From: Thermodesulfovibrionia bacterium
GTDB taxonomy: Bacteria; Nitrospirota; Thermodesulfovibrionia; Thermodesulfovibrionales; SM23-35
Length of the DNA stretch: 64,000 bases
Assembly (NCBI GenBank): GCA_041500225.1
Contig: JBGQLV010000003.1
Span: 215 to 64,214, forward strand
Direction: 5' to 3'
The first letter of the stretch is position 1, and each line of letters begins with the position of its first letter. Positions 56,799-64,000 of this stretch are shown one piece after another. The notes under the pieces were generated by a model that had not been told where the DNA came from, made no database searches, and saw only the letters and a list, made by a program, of their open reading frames with translations. The translations under genes were made by a program, and so were the position numbers.

Positions 56799-58888
56799 TA
56801 GTAGCTCTCCGGTTTCTTTTCCTTTATTCCCTTAAAATCATAACACAGAAATATAGAATAATCCCTGATTTCAATCTGCTTCTTAGTATAAGCCTTGAAA
56901 GCCCTTTTCTCAACCTTCTTAAAAGCAGTGGCTACTTTATCAGGTACCATATTATCTCCTATGCTGACAAAGATTGCATCATAATGAAGCAAGTTATTAA
57001 ATCCAGGCCAGAGGTCATACTGGTTCATCCTGCGGCCGAGATTAATGCAATATGTTACAGGGTGCCCTTTTACATAAAATGCAAGTTCGCTTGAAACCTG
57101 GTACCTGTCAGAAAATATAAATACAGGCCGGGTTGCAGACATTTGTTCATATATCTTTGTTACCTCTGCTCCGAGCTCTTTCCAGCCGCGAACCCTGGAT
57201 GTGGGGTCCAGTTTGACAGGAAGGTTTAGTATTGAAGGATAATAGGCTACCGCAGTTACGAGTGCCGATAATAGAACTGCGGTAGCTATAAAAATTTTTG
57301 GCCCCCTTTTTCCAGAGTAAAATCTTTTCATATAAAAAGCAGAAAAAGCAATGATACCTGATAAATATCCAGGTAAAGCCCAGTTTGCCTGTACCTTTGC
57401 CTGAATACTTTTAAGAAGGAAAAATACAATTACTGGCATTGAAAACCAGAATAAAAAAGCTCCCTCGCGTTTTTTTCTAAGCCTCCAGACAGAGACAGCC
57501 ATGAGTATAAGCAAAAGAGGGGTTATTACACCAAACTGTGAGCCAAAGAATTCAAAGAAACTTTTCAAGGATATTTGAATCCCATCTGCTATATGTGCCT
57601 GGCCGGCAGTGTGTTTGAAAGTAATCCAATTATGGTTTACATTCCATCCCATCACAGGACTGAAGACAAGAAGGCTGATGATAAATGCGATAAAAGGGCC
57701 TTTTGTTAGCAATAGCTTCCTATATTCTTTTACGAACAATAAAAATAAAAAGGCACAGAGATAAAAGGAGGCCATGGTATATTTTGTTAGAAGGCCGAGG
57801 CCGATTGAAAGGCCAAGGAGACACCAGTATACAAGTGCGAAGTCTCGTCTGCCCATGGCGGAATTAATAACCCCCCTTTGCCCCCCTTTAGTAAGGGGGG
57901 GATGGGGGGGTAAAGTATTTACCGCTTTCCAGAACAGATACAGAGATAGTATCCAGAAGAATATAAAAGGCGAATCCATCGTGAATAAAACGCCGAACGT
58001 TGAAAAAAGAGGAATTATCTGTATCAGAATAGCTGAAGAAAGTCCGGCTTTTTCATCGTAAAGATTTTTCCCAAGGCTATAAAGAAAAATGCTGCTAAGC
58101 GCGGAGAAGATAACAGCCATGATTCTGATACCAAAAATAGTATATCCGAATACAGTGGTACCCAGATATATGAGATATGCAATCATCGGTCCTTTTGAGT
58201 AATAACTCAAATCAAGCCTTCGGGACCATTCCCAGTAATGTGCTTCATCAGGACTTAGGTCGAGAGGGCCATTCTGGATGTAATATATGCGGAAGAGGCT
58301 GAGGACCAGAAGAAAGATAAAAAGTACAGTTGTGTATGGTTTGTATTTGAACCTTTCAGATGACCAGTTATACAAACTGATAACGGATATTGCTAAAAGC
58401 AGCCCTAATAGTGCTCCGATGATAACATCAGAAGGATAATGTACACCAACATAAATCCTCGAGAAACCTACGAGTAATGCAATAAAAACAAAGACATATC
58501 TCATCCTGCTTTTGAGAAGGATATAAAATGGCGTTGCAAATGCAAAGGCATTTATAGCATGGTTTGAAGGCATGGAAAAAGAATTTCCGCATCCTACAAG
58601 AACTCTTACACCATCAAGCTCATTACATGGTCTGATCCGCTCAAAATAATGTTTAAGTATATTTGAAAACCAATCTGATATTAAAAGCGATGCAAAGGCA
58701 AGCACAAGTAGTATCGAAGCATTTTTTCTGTCCTTCAAAAAGAACCACAAAAAAAATGGTAGAAAAATCAGGTACGCCCTTTTTGTAATAAAGGGCATTA
58801 AGATATCAAAAACGCTGTTCTGGAAATCCCTATTTATAAAAAAAAAGGCGAGGGTATCTATTTCAGGAAGGCTCATCGAATATTTCAA
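56798..58888 (-). CDS. Fusion of a PAP2 phosphatase domain and an ArnT/PMT-like family 39 glycosyltransferase
   Basis: PAP2 motifs (KHYFERIRP, PSNHA, SRIYVGVHYPSDV) are followed by a GT39-type region (PDEAHYWEWSRRLDLSYYSKGPMIAYL) and many TM segments. Confidence 0.8.
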   Translation of the reverse strand: MKYSMSLPEIDTLAFFFINRDFQNSVFDILMPFITKRAYLIFLPFFLWFFLKDRKNASILLVLAFASLLISDWFSNILKHYFERIRPCNELDGVRVLVGCGNSFSMPSNHAINAFAFATPFYILLKSRMRYVFVFIALLVGFSRIYVGVHYPSDVIIGALLGLLLAISVISLYNWSSERFKYKPYTTVLFIFLLVLSLFRIYYIQNGPLDLSPDEAHYWEWSRRLDLSYYSKGPMIAYLIYLGTTVFGYTIFGIRIMAVIFSALSSIFLYSLGKNLYDEKAGLSSAILIQIIPLFSTFGVLFTMDSPFIFFWILSLYLFWKAVNTLPPHPPLTKGGQRGVINSAMGRRDFALVYWCLLGLSIGLGLLTKYTMASFYLCAFLFLLFVKEYRKLLLTKGPFIAFIISLLVFSPVMGWNVNHNWITFKHTAGQAHIADGIQISLKSFFEFFGSQFGVITPLLLILMAVSVWRLRKKREGAFLFWFSMPVIVFFLLKSIQAKVQANWALPGYLSGIIAFSAFYMKRFYSGKRGPKIFIATAVLLSALVTAVAYYPSILNLPVKLDPTSRVRGWKELGAEVTKIYEQMSATRPVFIFSDRYQVSSELAFYVKGHPVTYCINLGRRMNQYDLWPGFNNLLHYDAIFVSIGDNMVPDKVATAFKKVEKRAFKAYTKKQIEIRDYSIFLCYDFKGIKEKKPESY
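57871..57910. repeat. G/C-run palindromic element embedded in-frame in the PAP2-GT39 gene
   Basis: CCCCCCTTTGCCCCCCTTTA-g-TAAGGGGGGGATGGGGGGG is translated on the minus strand as PPHPPLTKGGQRG. Confidence 0.6.
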
Positions 58889-60441
58889 TCACCTTTTTCA
58901 TTAAATCTTCTATCCTGCTCTCCTGATATCCATTTAATTATCTCTTCTACCATTGCCTCGATGGTTGCCTCTTTGGGCATGATATCAACCTTAAGCCCGG
59001 CATTTTCAACAGCCTTTGCTGTTACAGGCCCTATGACTGCAATGGCTACTCTCTTGAGGAGTTCATCAGCATCCTTTCCCATTATCTCCCTGAAGTTATT
59101 AAAGGTTGCTGCACTTGTAAAAGTTGCTATTGAAATCCTCCCTTCTTTCAAAAACCTCCTCAGCCTCTTCCCGCGAGATTCCGGCTTTGTCGTTCTGTAT
59201 GCGACAGGTACATCTATTTCTCCACCGAGTTCTCTTACTTTTTCTGGAAAAACCTCTCTTGCTACCTCTGCCCTTGGCAGTAAAAATCTCATTCCCTTTA
59301 ACCCTTTAACCTTTGAACCTTCAAACTCTTGAACTAATTTAATCAGTCCCTCAGCACGAAATTCATCAGGGATTAAATCTGTCTTTATACCGTATTTTTT
59401 AATCTCTTCTGCTGTTTTTGTGCCTATAGCGCATATCTTTTTTCCCTTTAAATCTCTTATGTCTCTATCCTTTTCAAAGAATCTTTTAAAAAAGTATTTC
59501 ACACCGTTTCTGCTTGTGAATATCAGCCAGTCATAGGTACCTATCTTATCTATTGACTCATCAAGCTCGGCATAGCTTTCTGGAGGTACAATCTCGATTG
59601 TCGGGAATTCGATTATCTCTGCACCAAGTTCCTCTAATGGCTCAAACCCTTCAATGTGTTCCCTTGTTACGAGTATTCTATGACCAAACATTGGTTTTTT
59701 CTCGTACCATTTCAGAGATTCCCTCAGCCTTACAACATCTCCAACAACCATCACGGCAGGTGGTTTGATATCTCTTTCCTTTATAATCCCTCCGATGTCT
59801 TTGAGCGTCCCGACAATTGTCCTCTGTTCAGGTCTTGTGCCCCATCTGATTACAGCAACAGGAGTATCAGGAGAGCGGCCATTCTCGATTAATTTTTGGG
59901 TAATCAGGTCTACATTTTTAACAGCCATAAGAAATACAAGTGTCCCAACACCTGTAGCAAGCTTTGACCATTCGATAGTGCTCTCATTTTTATTAATATC
60001 CTCGTACCCGGGAATAACTGCAAATGAAGATGAATAAAGCCTGTGGGTTAACGGGATTCCTGCGTAAGCAGGAGCAGCAATTGACGAACTTACACCAGGA
60101 ACTATTTCAAACTCTATCCCTTCTTTTGATAATGCCTCTGCTTCTTCTCCTCCACGGCCGAATACAAAAGGGTCACCACCTTTAAGCCTGCATATAAGCT
60201 TGCCTTCCTTTGCCTTCTGTATAAGGATGTCATTGATTTCATCCTGTGTAATGGTATGATGGCCGCCGCGTTTCCCGGCATATATGAACTCTGCATCGTG
60301 GTTGATGTAATTCAAAACCTGTGCATTAAGATGGAAATCATAGATGACCACCTCTGCCTTCTGAAGGCACCGCAAACCTTTTATAGTCAGAAGGCCGATA
60401 TCACCAGGGCCTGCACCGACTAAATAGACCTTGCCTTTCAT
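58885..60441 (-). CDS. cobA: Uroporphyrinogen-III C-methyltransferase / uroporphyrinogen-III synthase fusion
   Basis: The N-terminus (VYLVGAGPGDIGLLTIKG) belongs to the tetrapyrrole methylase family. The C-terminal ~250 aa are HemD-like (ILVTRE...). Confidence 0.9.
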   Translation of the reverse strand: MKGKVYLVGAGPGDIGLLTIKGLRCLQKAEVVIYDFHLNAQVLNYINHDAEFIYAGKRGGHHTITQDEINDILIQKAKEGKLICRLKGGDPFVFGRGGEEAEALSKEGIEFEIVPGVSSSIAAPAYAGIPLTHRLYSSSFAVIPGYEDINKNESTIEWSKLATGVGTLVFLMAVKNVDLITQKLIENGRSPDTPVAVIRWGTRPEQRTIVGTLKDIGGIIKERDIKPPAVMVVGDVVRLRESLKWYEKKPMFGHRILVTREHIEGFEPLEELGAEIIEFPTIEIVPPESYAELDESIDKIGTYDWLIFTSRNGVKYFFKRFFEKDRDIRDLKGKKICAIGTKTAEEIKKYGIKTDLIPDEFRAEGLIKLVQEFEGSKVKGLKGMRFLLPRAEVAREVFPEKVRELGGEIDVPVAYRTTKPESRGKRLRRFLKEGRISIATFTSAATFNNFREIMGKDADELLKRVAIAVIGPVTAKAVENAGLKVDIMPKEATIEAMVEEIIKWISGEQDRRFNEKGD

Positions 60442-60692
60442 TCATTATCCTCTAAATTAATTATTTTATCATAAGAGGTTATTACAAAAGTCATTAATTG
60501 CATTCTATCCACTCTACAGGTTAGATATATTTAGTTTTCGTGATTTTGAGAAAGATGCAAAAAGCTTCAAATTTTTTGATCAATAATCAAAAAGTGTAAG
60601 AACTATAACTGGTCGTTAGGTGTAGAGTAATATCGTCACATTGTCAAAGATGTTTTGAAAAAGACACATCACAAAAGCAGATAACACAAAAT

Positions 60693-60731
60693 CAACGGAT
60701 GTTCTGCATGGAGAAGGCAGAACATCCGTTG
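60693..60731 (-). terminator. Rho-independent-type terminator downstream of cooS
   Basis: A 15-bp perfect stem (CAACGGATGTTCTGC / GCAGAACATCCGTTG) has a 9-nt loop. On the minus strand it is followed by ATTTTGTGTT. Confidence 0.55.
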
Positions 60732-60775
60732 AAATATAACAGTATAGCCTTGGCCTTGAACGTTAAAAACCCTTA

Positions 60776-62650
60776 CTAAACGCTTAAACCCAAACCCTTC
60801 CTTTTCTCAATAATATGAGCTATTATGAGGTCTGCGGCTTTTATGGGATCGGGTTCTACAGCAAAGCATGCGCCAAAGACATCTTTTAAACCGGATGTAG
60901 CAAGTTCTGTAACTTTTTTGCTTCCCAGGATAGGCGGCATTACACCGAGTACTGTGAAGATTCCACTGGCCATTACATAAAAGGCAATGGTTGCTGCCTT
61001 TTCCGAATACCACTCAGGCGCAGCTCCCGCGAGAGGGAGTTTATCAATGTCAACACCTATGGCGTTGGCTAATGCACAGGCAATAACAACGATCCTCGAA
61101 TTATCAACACATGAGCCGACATGAAGGGAAGGAGGAATGTTAAGAAGACCGCATATTTCCTTAAGTCCCGGGCCAGCCAGCTCTTTTGCCTCCGGTACTT
61201 GCAAACCTGCTTTACCTGCAGCTACATTTACACAACCAGTTGTAAGCACCAGAATATCATTGGCTATGAGGCGCTTAATGAGTTCTACATGACCATAATC
61301 CTGTTTTATCTTTGGATTGTTGCACCCCACAACACCTACAGCGCCTTTTATTTTACCTGCTTTTATGGCGTCTATTAATGGATTCAGGCTCCCGCCGAGG
61401 GCACCTAAAATCGCTTCCACGGAAAATCCTGTCATACTCTTTACCGGTGAAACAGGTATATATATTCTATCCTTGTTTCTGCGGGAATAGTTTTCTATTG
61501 ATTCCTTTACTATTCTGAATGCCTGTTCTTTTGCATTCTCGGGTGTGAATTCAATATGTTCCATTAAGGGAAATTTAGCTTTATCAGAAGTTGAATACAA
61601 CTTGGTGTGATAGCACTGCGCCACCTGTCCCAGCGATGGCATGATACACTGGTAATCAACGATTATAGATTCCACAACCCCGGTAACCATAGTCAGTTCG
61701 GTCATAAGGTGGTTTCCTGCCATGGGGATTTTTTTCCGCATCATTAGCTCATTACCGGTGCAGCAGAGCCCTGCAAGGTTAATGCCTTTGGCGCCTTTAG
61801 CCTTTGCAAGCTCAATCATTCCCTTGTCTTCCACAGCCAGCGCTACCATCTCCGACACAACAGGACTATGGCCGTGGACCAATATATTAACCTGATCTTC
61901 TTTTAAAACCCCGAGGTTGACCTCGGAAAAGCCCGGCTGGGGCGTTCCAAATATAATGTCTGACAATTCTGTACCGATCATTGCTCCACCATAACCATCA
62001 GCAAGGCTATTCCTCACAGTATGTAACAATATTGACACATAATTGTTGTCCACACCCATATGTGTGCGGTGCATTGTCTCGGAGGTTTCCCTGTCTATCC
62101 CCCGTGGAATAACCTTTAATTTTTCCCAGAGATCAATTCTTTGTTTCGGAACTCTGCTAATAAAGGTGATTCTTTCCTTTTTCATCCCGAAATCTTCCAT
62201 CATGGCCTCTGCGAGTTTCTTTGCAATCTCCTCATTGCCAATATTTGCTGTATCAATACCATATTCCTTAGCCACTCTTTTAAGTTTTTCAGGGTCTTTT
62301 ATTGTATATCCGGGTGCCTTGCCCGTGCCTATTTTATGGAGAACCTCTACAAGATCACGGCCGTGGTCTGAATGAGACGCCGCACCTGACGCAATCATCC
62401 GCGCCAGATTCCTTGCAACGATTATGTCGGCGTCTGCACCGCATACACCGCGTTGTGGACCCTCGCCAAATGGGTCAATACGGCATGGACCCATAACGCA
62501 TATACGGCATGATAGTCCCAATTCACAATATCCGCACTGAGGTTCCTGTTTCTTTAATCTGTCCCATGCAGTTTCTACTCCGTCTTCATGTGCCTTCTTA
62601 AGAGTTAATAATGTATCTTTACATATAGAAAATTCCGCATATTCACTCAT
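60776..62650 (-). CDS. cooS: Anaerobic Ni-Fe carbon monoxide dehydrogenase catalytic subunit
   Basis: The N-terminal Cys clusters (CGYCELGLSCRIC...GPCRI) are present, and the 624-aa length and overall pattern are typical of CooS. Confidence 0.95.
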   Translation of the reverse strand: MSEYAEFSICKDTLLTLKKAHEDGVETAWDRLKKQEPQCGYCELGLSCRICVMGPCRIDPFGEGPQRGVCGADADIIVARNLARMIASGAASHSDHGRDLVEVLHKIGTGKAPGYTIKDPEKLKRVAKEYGIDTANIGNEEIAKKLAEAMMEDFGMKKERITFISRVPKQRIDLWEKLKVIPRGIDRETSETMHRTHMGVDNNYVSILLHTVRNSLADGYGGAMIGTELSDIIFGTPQPGFSEVNLGVLKEDQVNILVHGHSPVVSEMVALAVEDKGMIELAKAKGAKGINLAGLCCTGNELMMRKKIPMAGNHLMTELTMVTGVVESIIVDYQCIMPSLGQVAQCYHTKLYSTSDKAKFPLMEHIEFTPENAKEQAFRIVKESIENYSRRNKDRIYIPVSPVKSMTGFSVEAILGALGGSLNPLIDAIKAGKIKGAVGVVGCNNPKIKQDYGHVELIKRLIANDILVLTTGCVNVAAGKAGLQVPEAKELAGPGLKEICGLLNIPPSLHVGSCVDNSRIVVIACALANAIGVDIDKLPLAGAAPEWYSEKAATIAFYVMASGIFTVLGVMPPILGSKKVTELATSGLKDVFGACFAVEPDPIKAADLIIAHIIEKRKGLGLSV

Positions 62651-62652
62651 TC

Positions 62653-63246
62653 CTACCTCCTGTTTAATTCCTGCAATTTATGTTTATAGGCCGTTAAGGA
62701 CGTATATGTGCCTTTTTCCAATTCCTTGCTTCTTATTCCTAAATAGACCAGAGAGGCCATTTCATCAGTGCCTTTGTCCATTATTTTGTTGTAATCATCA
62801 AAGACAAGGGCGCCACATTTGCAGACCTCAACACATGCAGGGACTTTCCCTTCTTTCTGTCGCGATATACACTGGTCACATTTGTGAGCGGATATTTTAT
62901 TAACGGAATGTATATGATACCTTATAACGCCAAAAGGACACGCCATTGCACACATGCCGCAGTTTATACACTGGTTGGGATTGATAAGTATCGTTCCTGT
63001 CGATGCTTCCCTGAATATGGCCTTTGTAAGGCATGCCATTTCACACGGCGCAGGGTCGCAATGTCTGCACTTATTAGGAAACGGTTCCTTGTTATTTGAT
63101 AGCCCGATATGGATTCTCGGCTTTGAGAGAATACTTTCATAGGGAGCAGCATATGGGGAATTACTCAGTGAATGAGCAACAGAACATGCAAAACGGCATT
63201 GAAGACATCCCACACATCGCTCCGGTTTTACGACTACTACTTTCAT
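62653..63246 (-). CDS. cooF: 4Fe-4S ferredoxin-type protein (CooF-like)
   Basis: Several CxxCxxCxxxC(P) motifs are present (CVGCLQCRFAC, CRHCDPAPC, CINCGMCAMACP). The gene lies immediately upstream of cooS. Confidence 0.85.
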   Translation of the reverse strand: MKVVVVKPERCVGCLQCRFACSVAHSLSNSPYAAPYESILSKPRIHIGLSNNKEPFPNKCRHCDPAPCEMACLTKAIFREASTGTILINPNQCINCGMCAMACPFGVIRYHIHSVNKISAHKCDQCISRQKEGKVPACVEVCKCGALVFDDYNKIMDKGTDEMASLVYLGIRSKELEKGTYTSLTAYKHKLQELNRR

Positions 63247-63257
63247 AAAAACCTCCT

Positions 63258-64000
63258 TTATAATGGCTTGAGTATATCCATTAAGCTCGCCTCACCACTC
63301 ACAATTTTTCTTGGATCAACGGTAAGCTGCATACCTTTTTTAATCAGATTTATAAAAATCCCCGCATCCTCAGGATTATTATAAAAAGCCATACCTACGG
63401 GGACATTGTCTCTTACTGCTAATTTTCTGAACTGGTTCTTACGGGGGAAGTGTTTTTCAAAAAAGGCAACTCCCTCTTCATCTTTCAGAACCCCTCCTGA
63501 GATAAGATGGAATGAACGGGTCTTAAGGCTGTTCATTCCGATACTGCCTGGATAAGGAGCATGTGAGCCTGACATATTCAATGCAGCAAAATATCCCTGT
63601 TCAACAGCTATAGGCCAGAGGGCATTGACCCATGGTCTTTTTCTTACTACATCCATTGCTTCACAGCAATCCCCTGCCGCATATACACCTTCTGCCGAGG
63701 TTTCAAGGAATTCATTTACCACAATTCCCTGAGCAATATAAATTCCTGATTTTCTTGCAAGGTCAACCCTCGGTTTTACACCCTTTCCGACTACAACAAC
63801 ATCGCTGTCCAGTTCAATACCGGATTTAAGAGAAACCTTGACTGTATTTCTTTTCATTTTTAGTTCAGAAACATCGTCCCCGGTGCGTATCGCTATGCCT
63901 ATTTCCTTGAGATCCTTTTCAATAAATTGTGCGGTCTTTTCATCCAGGATCATGGAGAGGGGGTAGGGAGAAGAAACAACCAGGTTAACCTTAATATTAC
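63258..64000 (-). CDS. FAD/NAD(P)-dependent pyridine nucleotide-disulfide oxidoreductase (C-terminal part; gene continues beyond the right edge)
   Basis: GVYAAGDC and the second Rossmann region are present. The reading frame stays open from 63953 to 64000 (..NIKVNLVVSSPYPLSM), so the ATG in the ORF track is probably internal. Confidence 0.8.
   Translation of the reverse strand, partial: NIKVNLVVSSPYPLSMILDEKTAQFIEKDLKEIGIAIRTGDDVSELKMKRNTVKVSLKSGIELDSDVVVVGKGVKPRVDLARKSGIYIAQGIVVNEFLETSAEGVYAAGDCCEAMDVVRKRPWVNALWPIAVEQGYFAALNMSGSHAPYPGSIGMNSLKTRSFHLISGGVLKDEEGVAFFEKHFPRKNQFRKLAVRDNVPVGMAFYNNPEDAGIFINLIKKGMQLTVDPRKIVSGEASLMDILKPL

Noticed and set aside
60442-60692. Possible cobalamin riboswitch or CO-responsive operator between cooS and cobA-hemD
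   Set aside because: No B12-box-like core was seen. The region lies downstream of cooS rather than upstream, so a cooS regulator site is not expected here.

Overview
This is a densely coded chromosomal segment from a moderately AT-rich, probably anaerobic bacterium; the lineage cannot be assigned from the sequence alone. All calls rest on reading the ORF translations and the raw sequence, with no searches run. Most of the window is housekeeping. It holds the tuf 5' end preceded by a Thr-Tyr-Gly-Thr tRNA cluster, rlmB-cysS, purE/purD and a stand-alone purH IMP-cyclohydrolase domain. It also holds radC, a UvrA-family ATPase, a split Opp/Dpp-type ABC transporter with pyrE, a Lon-like protease, kdsC-pgsA-plsY, queC, rmuC, cobA-hemD and a cooS-cooF-flavoprotein cluster that runs off the right edge. 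Five regions look accessory or unusual. (1) At 8.6-21.5 kb, three pilin or pseudopilin genes flank CDP-sugar and lipid-carrier glycosylation genes; two TMTC/PMT-like transferase genes there are broken at the same motif, and a 129-bp direct repeat marks a rearrangement scar. (2) At 30.1-31.9 kb, an islet next to tRNA-Arg carries decayed toxin-antitoxin genes. (3) At about 46.1-51.4 kb, a visibly AT-rich island holds a type II R-M pair and several uncharacterised genes. These include a translationally coupled two-gene cassette (49100-50799), which is my best candidate for an undescribed defence-type system. (4) A beta-CASP nuclease gene directly abuts a STAS-GHKL ATPase gene. (5) Several families of structured repeats occur, one of which shows compensatory substitutions between its two copies. 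No CRISPR array, rRNA gene or intact transposase was seen.
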